From Nemertoderma westbladi (lineage: Eukaryota; Animalia; Xenacoelomorpha), in NCBI GenBank assembly GCA_032718475.1, contig JAUCBJ010001310.1, positions 1 to 56,172 on the forward strand: a DNA stretch of 56,172 bases. The letters are read 5' to 3'. A model generated the notes under the pieces. It saw only the letters and a program-made list of their open reading frames with translations, searched no databases and was not told the origin of the DNA. Shown here piece after piece: positions 1 to 10,967 of the stretch. The number at the start of each line of letters is the position of its first letter. Position 1 is the first letter of the stretch. The translations under genes and the position numbers were made by a program.

Positions 1-574
1 TTAGAGAAAGATAAGTAGGCCCTACAGTTCTGCCCTGTAATGTAAAAAGACCGCAAGTGGCGCAAGTCACAAAAAGTCATTTCGAGTAAAACGCAAATTA
101 CTGTTTGCCTTCAGGGTGCCTTTGGTTTAAAATGTCCGTAAATTACTAATTTTTTATAACCCGACGCAATTCGGGGTGGGAAATTTTCTACGTGATTATT
201 TCTCACTTTCCATTAATATTTTGACTTAAGGGTTATTTTTTGTATTACGGTGTTTTCACATTGTACAACCTGTATGTAAATAAATACATTCGATACAATG
301 CGAAAACAAAAGTTCAATGACAAAACAAATGTCACAATGACAAAACACCGCAAGTCTGTCAGTTGCGGTGTTTTTTAATTGTATAAATTTAATGTATAAA
401 TTGTGGGGGGGGGGGGGGGGGGCAACACCGCCCTGCGGTTTTTAATTTGTAAATAACTCGAAAGTGGTTGCATAAACAAAAAAAATTGGGAACGGGGAAA
501 TTATGAAATAAGAAGCGAAAATTACAAAAAACAGTTAAATGACAAAGGAGTAGTGTTTTTTGCGTGAACAAGTT

Positions 575-745
575 TCATTCCGAGAAAATTGCCTTGAAAG
601 TTTAAACATTCCCACACAAAACTGCCCGTATGGGGTCTGGTTGGTTAATAATGTGTGCGTGTGGCATGAAAGAAGTACACCACAGAGCTATAATTTTCAT
701 TATGGTGGTTTTCGAGGTCCGTGATTTCATATCCATGTCATTTTT
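575..745 (-). repeat. Segment shared (inverted) with the interior of the Kolobok-like element at ~23783-23950
   Basis: GAGAAAATTGCCTTGAAAGTTTAAACATTCCCAC...GGTCTGGTTGGTTAAT...TTTTCGAGGTCCGTGATTTCAT aligns with the reverse complement of 23783-23950. Confidence 0.7.
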
Positions 746-940
746 ATGTTCGGTAGAATCTAATCTGTTTGACTATTAATTGGTCAGCCTGTGGCTTTGA
801 TTATGACTTTTTACATTTTGATCTCGCTTAAAGCACTTAAGAAGGGATTCTTAGTTATGGTAGGGCGGGTTGACCTCAGGTGACTAATGGAATTATTAAC
901 AACAATTATTACAAGCTTTTTTATTATGATATTTGCACTG

Positions 941-1266
941 CTTGTTTATTTCGTGCCCCAGGGGGCACTTTCAAAATTGCCAACAATGTTCTCGAATATT
1001 ATATTTGAGTTCTATAATCGTGATCAGCATCTAAAAAGCCGGTATATGCATGCTGCCATTAATTTTAGTTAGCCATAAAAACTTTTAAAAATTTAGCACA
1101 AAAAATACTTCAGATTGGTGCCAGAAAGGGACCACAGCACGAAAACTAACATAGCCATGTAAATGGCGTTTGTTCTATTGGATAGCCCATTAAATTTTAG
1201 GAAAAGTCACAATATCTCGGGGTTCCCAATAGACCCGACTCAAAGATACAGATGAATTACAAAAAA
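941..1266 (+). repeat. Dispersed repeat; second copy at ~25705-26030
   Basis: Colinear match over ~325 bp (TTCGTGCCC.AGGGGGCAC.TTCAAAATT...AGCACGAAAACTAACATAG...AAAGATACAGATGA.TTACAAAAAA). Confidence 0.85.
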
Positions 1267-4200
1267 TTAAAAAATTTAATTATAGAGAAATGGGTCAGTG
1301 CTAAAGTAGTTTACTATAATCATCATCAATCAACAATAGGCCTACGGCAATAAATAATATGAGAACAAAACTTTTACCGCTACAATGATATACTGTATAT
1401 ATATAATCCTAATTAAATATTAAAATGTAGTGACGTTTACTTGGGGTTTATCTTAATGCAATTACTGCAATGTCTATTCACTGGTCGGCAGGTTGTTCCG
1501 TAGCATAGAGCTAATGATGATAAAACACCGCAAGTACTTTCAATTTTGAATTTCGCGGGTTTTCTGCTAATAGTAAAAAACCGCAAGTCAAAAGACATAT
1601 TTCAATAAAACCGTATGTGCGTTTTCTTATTATCTATGCAATGACAAAACACCGCAAGTCTTGTGACTTACGGTTTTTTGCCTAAATTTAAGTTGTTGCG
1701 GTCTTTTGTATTGCACTTAACGGTCATTTACCATTGTAACATCTACATATGTTGTGACTTACGGCCTTTCTACATTGCTTATCTCGAGAACTAAAGAGTA
1801 GATACGGTCTTCTCGATTATACCATTAGATAGAGCGCATTTTTTAGACCCAGAAAAAGTGAATTTTGGAAAAATGCGACTTGCGGTCTTTTTACATTGCA
1901 CGGCAGCGTTGTACTTAGTGGATCATTGGGTATCTTTTGAAAACACAAATTAATTTATTAGATTCTACATTTTCTCTGTGATATTGAGTGATAGCCCTCC
2001 AGACAGACAGTGACAATTCAGGCGTTATTACAATATTTATTTTATATTAGTTTTGGATATTCGTAATGGAGCTCTTAATATCATTGGTAATATTTCCTAG
2101 ATACAGTAGAGACCAAGCATCGTGGTATTTTTTACACTGGGGACTAGTGATTTTGTATGTTAACCTTTATACTGTTATGTTTACTTTGTTGTAAGAAGGA
2201 CTCGTTTTAATTTGTTTTATATGTATTTTAATTATTTATATCACGCTGATAAATTTATGAAGAATATATCTTCTAGCATAATTTTGTATATTTATTTCAT
2301 GGTGTGTGTCTAGCAGAAGTGGAAAAAAAATTGTTTGGCTATAAACAATCGAATAAAGGCTGGGGCTAACGTGATGTCTATCAAAGTTGCGACGGTGTGT
2401 TTTTTATTTGAACACGCAGAAATTGATGACAAACTCAGTAGATATTAGATAAGCTGGCGCGGAAAGCAATTTTTAAAATCAACAGTAATTTAGCTGTTTA
2501 ACATTTCTATATTATTTACCTTTTCAATGTATCAAAAGGTCTATAAAATTTTATTTCGCGGAATATAAATTTAATCATGTAAGTTCTACATAAATTGGCG
2601 TAATACAAACGAAACAATAGGAATAGTAGAGAGTAGAGACTAAACTTTTCTGCACCAAATTTGGGGAAAATCCCACAAAAACATGAAATTGAAGCTGATC
2701 CCCATCCGCATGATATATTTTTATACTCTTTTTTTTGCTAGATAACGTAGAATGAAATAAAATGGTTCGGTTGAATCAGGAATTAGATACCCCGTATTTT
2801 TGCTAGATTGACTGATAAATACAACTGTTGTATATTTCCAATTAATTTTATATGTTCTGAATATTGACCAGCTTTATGTGGCGTATTTCTTAAAACGTTT
2901 GTCGCATTATATTTACTATCAAATCGATGGTTAGTTTATAGTAGCTGTGGCTAATGTAGGCCTATTCATGGCCGTATACTCTTGGTATGCCTAGCCTATA
3001 AATACTTGAGTGAATTTAATTAAATTAATCAATAGAAATAAAATAGGCCCAGAAACGAATGGTTGTAAATAGAACGGAAATAATTAAACTGTTTTTATTG
3101 GGACATGATTGAAAGTTTATGAAACGATTCAACTCGGGTGTATGCGGCTGTCTTTTATCCTGAGTTGAACATTCAGATAGTTGATATTCGGTTTAATTAC
3201 TTTTTAGTGTTAGGTCTACGATCAATCCGGTGTTAAGTCTAATTAATAATAAACCTACCGGCATAATAAGTCTGATGCAATGCTTTTAAACTAAAAGTTA
3301 GGGAGATGGAAAGTCATTTTGTAAACTCCAAGGAGATGAAAATTTTGACAGTGAACTTTGACAACCTCAGGAATCGTACAAGCATTAGCTCCAAGGATGG
3401 TTTGCTTGATACTATATTGTGCGAAAAAAAATATTTTTAAAATATAAAAAAAATATTATAAATAAATACATGTCCCTCTAGGGGGTCCGTACAAACCACA
3501 TGAATACCGAATACAATATCATTATTGATTTGACCGCACCCAAAAAAAACTGCCAATAACGTTGTTTATGACAAACCAACAAGTGTAGGCCTACGTTTCT
3601 TCCTTCATACAAATGTTGTATGATTTACAGTACTGTATTATTAATATTACATATCGCTGTAAATTGCCACATGTACTGTACAGTAGGCCTAATAAAAAGG
3701 AGTCTGGCTCGACATAATGAGGCCTAGGCCTACAGTATTTATTAGCCGTGCAATTGCTCAAGGTCAACAACTACAGTATGTCGCCAACGCCTTTCATTTC
3801 ATTAGCAAAAATTAATTGAAATGGTTAAATATGCTTTATGGTGTGACGAAAATATATGGTGAATTGTGAAATGGTGAATAAATTGAAATGTATATACGGT
3901 AAGTAAGTTTTGTGTGCAATTTTGAAAGTTATTGGAAATACAATATTGTCACGTAAGTCAGTAAGTGTTTGTAAAGTTAATAAAAAGTAAAGTTTTCTTC
4001 ACAGAAATCGCACCCACTTCTTCCGGAGAGGTGTGTGAAACGGATTCCAACTGTCCAAGGTGGTTAAACTTAAACAGTAACTACAGTATTTAATTCAGGT
4101 CTTTAGTAATTATTATCTAACATTTATAAGATTTCGATTGCATCGACAGATCGAGACGGGAGCTTCAATCTTATGTGCAATCAATCGGAACTTATCCATC

Positions 4201-5877
4201 TGTCAGTATAAATTAAATTCCCTATGGCTGCCTGGAGCGGTATGTAATGTAATACCCATGTGGAAGCTTGGGAAGCGCGCTTTGCAAAGTATTCCGATCA
4301 GCCGATTCAGGCATGGCCATTACTTATCGGCTTATCGTAATTCCTATTCAGATGATCTACTGTATAGTGTAATTACCGCTATTGAACAGAGGCATCGCAT
4401 CATCTTACCAACAACTATTTTTATATTTTAATGACTTGGTGGAGGATATTCAATGTTTTCTTTTCCCATAATAACCTGATAACAACAACATCAAAACTGT
4501 GCAGTAGGCACTAGGCAGGTAGGCCTATGCTACGCTACAGGTAACGGGCAACAGGTACACCAGAGAGAAACCAATCAATGTTAGTCCCTCCCATTTTCTG
4601 TATTACAGAAGGCTGGAAGGAACTCAAAAAAATGAAATTAACGGTACCGGCGGTACAGCGTACAGGGTTTCGTAATTCGTTAGCGGCTTCCTCATATGGA
4701 TACAAGTTTTTATGGTTGGATGATGTTCTCCGCTCAGTCAGTCCGTGGCACGCAGCCAGCAACTGCCTTATGCCTTACCTGTTACAGCATAGGCCTATCG
4801 TTCACCAGCTTTACTGCTTTACCTACTTATTTTCGGTAAAACTAACGCCGCAGTGTTATCTTTAGAATTATTGGATTCCTAGGAGGTACGTCATTGGACA
4901 CTCAGGGCTGCAGGGTTGAGATCCCCAACGCTGACCTTCAAGAATTATCCTCTTGAAATTCCCTTTCCCTGGGTGAGTACATTCATTATTTGCATGCAAT
5001 GCAAGCTGCAACGGCTGTAGTTTTATTTCTGTATTTTAGCGCAATGGCAATATCAAATTTGAAATTGTGTTTAGCTGTTTCCTGTTTAGTACCGGTATGC
5101 CTACTTACTGTATATCTGTATGGCAAACTAAGTGCCCACTCTACGGATCTCTTTCCAATATTTTACAGACGATTTAACAGTTTAAAATGCTCTGTATAGT
5201 GGCTCAGTAGAACTCAATAAAATTATGTATCATTATATACTTGTAGGAGTCAATGGCGCAAAATGACCGCAAACACAAAATAACTTTTAGTGGGTTTGAA
5301 AATTTAATGTAATTTAATTAAAAACATTAAGGGAAAGGAGCAGGTTACGGTGACAGTGTTTTCTAACCAAAACAATAAACTATACATTATTTCACTTAAA
5401 ATCAATTTTCGCTTATGATCACTATTTTCACTTACGGTCAATGTGACAATGTGCGCCACTATCTGCTGATCTGACTTGTAGTGGATTCAGTTCGATGTTG
5501 TTTACTCTCGATTTTCGTCAATGCCTATCTGCCTATGCAGCTATGTACGGTACTAAACTGATGTATAACTACTGGAACTTAAAGGCCATAACATTACCTA
5601 CCATACCACTACAAAGCAATAATACTGATATACCGATTTGTAGATTACAATTTTCAAAAACGTAGCGGGGTAGCGCATAGCGGAACCTTTCTGCCATTGC
5701 AGTAATCCTGTAATCTTCCGTGCCCATTCCATTAGCATAGAAAAGTACCGGTACTGTACGGTACTAGTACAAAAGATAATTGCTGAATTGTGTTTGTTTC
5801 TGACTGTCTGATAATACAGTAGGCTAGTAGGCCTAATAAGGATTAAGGCTGAAAGGCTGTAACGCTGTAAGGGCTGA

Positions 5878-7565
5878 GGGTACGTCTAAACACTCAAATC
5901 ACAACAAATCACACCAACAGACTGCAGACCAAATCACAAACCAAAAAAAAAAATCACAAACCAAATTACAAAAAATAATCCCAAAACCAAATCACACCGA
6001 ATGATAGGGTAAACCGGGGTTGTATGGCTGTATGGCAGTATGGCCATGTCTGCATGTGGGTTGTATGGCCACCCTTGACATAAAGTGCTATAACTTTACT
6101 TTATTCAGTTATTTTAATGTCTGTCAGTTTTTATTACTTCTAAATGAAGCTGAATAATTTTCCAATAAAATGACATATAAACCATATCTTCAACTGATTC
6201 CATTATTTTACAGTGACATGGCAAAGTTTCAGTTCATGAAAAAGTGCAACTTTTAGGTTTTGTGAATTTAGAGTAACACACACTAACAGCTAACAGGAGG
6301 TGCCTTCTGGAACAAGTTAATGCTTGCCCATATTGTAATGATGTTGAATATTATGTTTATTATAATTAATAAATAATTTAATTTATTCGATTTCGTTAAC
6401 TTTTAGATGAGTTATTTACCCTCAAAAAATCATGCCATACCACCCCGCCAAATTTAGACGTTGGGGTGGTATGTGGTATGGCCACTGATAGCAGATACTG
6501 AGATAGGGACATCCCATTAATACTGGTAAAGGCTACTTTACTTTGTCAGTTTATTTAACTCCAGATCTCTGGAACCCATATATATTCTATATTATTTTGT
6601 GATACAATGTATTATTCCACCTTCTCTAATTGTTAGTTATTCCACATTTTATAATTGTCAGATTCTACATTGATATCATAATTTTTTTTCATGCTCTACC
6701 TGTCTGCCTGTAGGTTGACTCAATGGTTTTATATCCAAAAATGGCCATTTGTAGTACCGGTAATCTGGTAATACTAATTTACTACCTACAAACTACTCTG
6801 TAAATACATAAATAATGAAAATAACAGATAATACTAGTTAAATCTTGTAGAATCGGGTGTTTGCTGTCACTTTTAAAAAAGGTCAAACCGGGTGATTTTC
6901 AAACCTGTGATGAAAACTCTTGAAATTTCTGGTGGACTATTTTATAACAACTTGTAGTTTAGTTTATTGTCTGATATTTGAAAAAAAGTGGCTGTTTCTA
7001 GGACAGAAAATTCATTGTGATTTTTTTAAAAGTCATTCCAATGGCCATACAACTGTACAACCCCATGAGAGGGGTGCTAAGGCTTTTGAAATTTATACAA
7101 TATTGGTGGCCAATGGCCATACCACCCCGCCCTGGGGTGGTATGGCCATCCCAGTTTCTTTTTCCCCTCTGACGCTCTGGTGACCCGAAATCGAAAATTA
7201 CAATGGGTTTCAAAAGTTTAATATACCCCTATAGCTGTATAGCTGTAGCTGATATGTGTAGGTTTCTTCCTATGGGTGGCCATGATGGTTTCATGTAACT
7301 GTGCTCCCGTGTGCCGTGGGATTAAAAAAAGTTGAAAAAATGGCCATACAACCCCAACCTACCCTACCAAATCCAGAAATCCCACCAAGTCACAAAAAAA
7401 ATTGAAAATTCAAGGCGAAGGTTACTGTGGTAGCCAGAAGGAACCAAAACAATAAACGATTTGAAAAAATGAAAATTAGAATTTTTTGTGTGATTTGGTG
7501 TGACTTGTTGTGATTTGGTCAATTTTGTGTGATTTGGGTGTTTAGATTAGCTGATTAGACGGACC
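5878..7565. mobile_element. Outer MITE with CAAATCACA subterminal repeats
   Basis: Left GGGTACGTCTAAACACTCAAATCAC versus right GTGATTTGGGTGTTTAG...ACGGACC; arrays of CAAATCACA at left and TGTGATTTG at right; interrupted by 6007-7364. Confidence 0.65.
6007..7364. mobile_element. TA-flanked MITE nested in the previous element
   Basis: TA|GGGTAAACCGGGGTTGTATGGC ... GCCATACAACCCCAACCTACCC|TA; internal repeats of TGGCCATAC(A/C)ACCCC including a hairpin at ~7113-7149. Confidence 0.8.
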
Positions 7566-7898
7566 GGATAATAATGGCTTCTGAATATGAAACTCACAAG
7601 CCAGACATAGTATAATTTTTTAACTCAACTCTGCCACTCCCCTTCGAGCCTTCGATTTCTATATGAATAATAAATGTAAACAATGAACACATGCCAAATA
7701 AAGTGCCCGCAAACCAATACAGCAATAGACTGATAGAAAACCCTTCATCAATACCGGTATTAACGTAAACTGGTAGACGTAGTCTGCTAGTAGTAGTAGT
7801 GGTACAACACAACATGGTAATCTAATTGAATTTAGGAATAGTGGATTTTAACTTCAAATGAATTCGCGTTCGAGTTTTGTGAATGTCAGTTATCAGTA

Positions 7899-10800
7899 AT
7901 GAGTTCCGGAAGCGGTAAGTACGTTGTGACGCCGGTACCCATGGACGCGCAGGCTCCGTCATCCACTACGGAACAGTTGCCCCCGTCACCCACTACTTCC
8001 GCCCCCCTAGTGCCCCCACCTGCGACCCCCGCGGTCCGCTTCCGAGCGGATGCAAGCGCCACCGACAACGGAGGTCCCCATGCCGACATCCAAATCCCCG
8101 AGGAAAAAGAGAGACAACTTCCCCTCTATCAGGAAGACAACCCAGATCTACCGGCGATGCTATCGGAATGGGTTAACTACTCCGCGATACTCCCCAATGC
8201 GAAGGAACGCGATGAATGCGAATCTTTAGCGGAAAGTACTCCTGATAGCGCTCTTTCGAAACGGCCCCAACTTGGTACCCTAATGGGCGTTTACTTGCCT
8301 TGCCTTCAGAACATCCTCGGGGTTATCCTCTTCCTACGACTCTCCTGGATTGTCGGCTGTGCCGGTATCCTCGAAGCCTTCACTATTGTCTTTCTGTGCT
8401 GTTTAACGACGCTGTTAACAGCGATCTCAATGAGCGCAGTCGCCACTAACGGAGTGGTCCCGGCGGGCGGCAGCTACTTTATGATTTCTCGCGCTCTGGG
8501 GCCAGAGTTTGGTGGAGCTGTCGGGATCCTGTTCTACCTTGGGACCACCTTCGCTGCGAGTATGTACATCCTCGGAGCCGTCGAGATCTTTATGTTCTAC
8601 CTTGTCCCGGGAGCGGCCATCTTCGAGATTCCCTCCGGCCCCAAAGGTCTGACTTCCCCCCAAATGTACAATAACATGAGGGTTTATGGTACCTGCCTGC
8701 TCGGGGCCATGGCCTTCCTCGTCTTCGTTGGAGTCAAGGTAGTAAATAAATGCGCCTCCCTCTTCCTCGCGTGTGTCATCATCTCCATAGTGGCCATCTA
8801 CATCGGAATCTTCTACCGTGACAATGAACCCACGGTCTGTAAACTCGATGGTGTTCTCCTTGCTGAGAGTGCTGGCTGTCCCAACCCCGGGGAAAACATC
8901 TCCGCGATCCCTGGGCTTGCCAGCGGAGTAATCTCGCAAAACTACATGCCGAAGTACCTCCAGCTCAACCAAATGGAGAACTTGACTTTCTTGAACGAAG
9001 AAAAGAAGAAGCAAGGCTTCTTGGCCTCAGATATGACGACCTCCTTTATGGTTCTGTTCGGTATATTCTTTCCTTCTGTCACCGGGATCATGGCCGGATC
9101 CAATAGGTCCGGGGATCTGCGGGATGCCCAGGCGTCCATCCCTAAAGGCACCATCGCTGCCATAATAACCACTAGCACCATCTACCTCAGCTGCGTGCTC
9201 CTGTTCGGCTCGATAGTGGACGGGGCGGTGCTGCGAGATAAGTTCGGCCAGTCGTTGGGCAATCAGATGATAGTGTCGATAATGGCCTGGCCTACCAAGT
9301 GGTTGATCCTTGTTGGCTCGTTGTTAAGCACGATAGGGGCGGGACTGCAGTCGCTTACTGGGGCGCCCCGTCTGCTGCAGGCCATTGCCAAGGACAACGT
9401 CATCCCGATACTGAGACCCTTCGGGAGCGGGAAGAAGGGATCGGGAGAGCCGACCTGGTCTCTGTTGCTAACCGCCTCCATCACAGAGATCGGTATTCTG
9501 ATCGCCGTTCTTGACGAAGTCACCCCAATTATCACCATGTTCTTTCTCATGTGCTACATGTTCGTGAACATGGCTTGCGCCTTGCAGACACTACTGAAAA
9601 CGCCCAACTGGCGCCCACGATTCCGCTACTACCATTGGGCGCTCTCGTTCATGGGGATGGCTTTGTGCGTCGGGATTATGTTCATCACGTCCTGGTACTA
9701 CGCTCTTACTGTTTTCTTCATCGCCTTCGCTATCTACAAGTACATCGAGTTCCAGGGCGCTGAGAAGGAGTGGGGCGACGGTATCCGTGGATTGGCCTTG
9801 TCCGCCGCTCGGTTCAGTCTGCTCCGACTCGAAGTCAATCCCCCGCACGCCAAGAACTGGCGCCCGCAATTGATGTTACTCGCGAAGCTGGACACCGAGT
9901 TGCAGCCAATATACCCGCAGCTGTTGGACCTGGCCAATCAGTTGAAGGCTGGCAGCGGATTGGTTATCGTAGGTTCGGTGATTAGGGGTAACTTCCTCGA
10001 GGTTTCGGATCAGGCGAAACGCGCAACAGCAAATCTTCGAGCCGATCTTTCGGATCACAAAGTTCGGGGTTTCGTGCACGTAGCGGTAGCGCGGTACGAG
10101 CCGGCCGCGCTAGCCACCATGGTGCAGACATCCGGTCTGGGCGGACTCCGACCCAACACCGTGGTTGTCGGCTGGCCCTACGGCTGGCGACAGAGCCAGG
10201 ACCCCTCCCAGTACGAATCCTTTATGGCCGCCGTGAAGCACATCGCCAAGGCCAACCTGGCCGTCGCCATTCCCAAGAACATCCACATGTGGCCGGCGTC
10301 GGAGAAGCGGTTCGATTCCGGGTTCATCGATGTCTGGTGGATCGTCCAGGACGGCGGGATGCTCATACTCATGGCCTTCCTCTTTCAGCAACACAAAGTC
10401 TGGAAGAAGTGCACAATGAGGATATTCACGGTGGCCCAAGCCGAGGACAACTCCATACAGATGAAGAATGATCTCGAGAAATTTCTTTATCAGTTGCGGA
10501 TCCCCGCGGTGGTTGATGTTATAGAGATGACCGATCAGGACATCCCCGAGTACACTTACCAGCGGACTCTGGCCATGGAGGAACGAACCAACCTCCTTAA
10601 GAAGATTCATTTGTCGCGGCGGCAGTCCAAGTTGGAGGTTCAGGGGATCTCGGACATGCATCGCGAGTCCTATCGTCGCTTCAGTCTCATCGGAGACAAG
10701 GTTGCCGAGGCGGTGTCAGAAGATCAGCTGTCCCGGAAACCCCTCGAGTACAACGTCCGGAAGATGGACACCGCGGTTAAACTCAACAAGTTGATCCGCG

Positions 10801-10967
10801 ATCGATCGAGCGACTCGCATCTCGTGATTACCAACCTGCCGCCGCCGCCGAAGGACGCGGATTGCGACTCGGATTATATGGAGTTCCTGGAGGCCCTCAC
10901 CGAGGGTATCGACAGGATCATATTGGTTCGTGGCAGCGGGAAGGAGGTCGTCACTATATACTCGTAG
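7899..10967 (+). CDS. kcc: Potassium-chloride cotransporter (KCC, SLC12A4/5/6/7 family), 1022 aa, single coding exon
   Basis: Diagnostic motifs LGTLMGVYLPCLQNILGVILFLRL, GGSYFMISRALGPEFGGAVG, FFPSVTGIMAGSNRSGDL, GLQSLTGAPRLLQAIAKD, WRPRFRYYHW, EKEWGDGIRGL, KNWRPQL, IDVWWIVQDGG and the canonical C-terminus VRGSGKEVVTIYS; uninterrupted GC-rich ORF. Confidence 0.97.
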   Translation: MSSGSGKYVVTPVPMDAQAPSSTTEQLPPSPTTSAPLVPPPATPAVRFRADASATDNGGPHADIQIPEEKERQLPLYQEDNPDLPAMLSEWVNYSAILPNAKERDECESLAESTPDSALSKRPQLGTLMGVYLPCLQNILGVILFLRLSWIVGCAGILEAFTIVFLCCLTTLLTAISMSAVATNGVVPAGGSYFMISRALGPEFGGAVGILFYLGTTFAASMYILGAVEIFMFYLVPGAAIFEIPSGPKGLTSPQMYNNMRVYGTCLLGAMAFLVFVGVKVVNKCASLFLACVIISIVAIYIGIFYRDNEPTVCKLDGVLLAESAGCPNPGENISAIPGLASGVISQNYMPKYLQLNQMENLTFLNEEKKKQGFLASDMTTSFMVLFGIFFPSVTGIMAGSNRSGDLRDAQASIPKGTIAAIITTSTIYLSCVLLFGSIVDGAVLRDKFGQSLGNQMIVSIMAWPTKWLILVGSLLSTIGAGLQSLTGAPRLLQAIAKDNVIPILRPFGSGKKGSGEPTWSLLLTASITEIGILIAVLDEVTPIITMFFLMCYMFVNMACALQTLLKTPNWRPRFRYYHWALSFMGMALCVGIMFITSWYYALTVFFIAFAIYKYIEFQGAEKEWGDGIRGLALSAARFSLLRLEVNPPHAKNWRPQLMLLAKLDTELQPIYPQLLDLANQLKAGSGLVIVGSVIRGNFLEVSDQAKRATANLRADLSDHKVRGFVHVAVARYEPAALATMVQTSGLGGLRPNTVVVGWPYGWRQSQDPSQYESFMAAVKHIAKANLAVAIPKNIHMWPASEKRFDSGFIDVWWIVQDGGMLILMAFLFQQHKVWKKCTMRIFTVAQAEDNSIQMKNDLEKFLYQLRIPAVVDVIEMTDQDIPEYTYQRTLAMEERTNLLKKIHLSRRQSKLEVQGISDMHRESYRRFSLIGDKVAEAVSEDQLSRKPLEYNVRKMDTAVKLNKLIRDRSSDSHLVITNLPPPPKDADCDSDYMEFLEALTEGIDRIILVRGSGKEVVTIYS

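Larger units (their letters stand above)
25..1911. mobile_element. Non-autonomous TA-flanked TIR element (Tc1/mariner-like MITE), composite interior
   Basis: TA|CAGTTCTGCCCTGTAATGTAAAAAGACCGCAAGT at the left is an imperfect inverted match to ACTTGCGGTCTTTTTACATTGCACGGCAGCGTTG|TA at the right. The subterminal motif AAAACACCGCAAGTC recurs in both orientations (~343, 1522, 1577, 1647). No ORF. Confidence 0.8.

Noticed and set aside
8427-10661. Antisense and alternative-frame ORFs up to 195 aa within KCC
   Set aside because: Expected shadow ORFs of a GC3-rich coding region; no recognisable motifs
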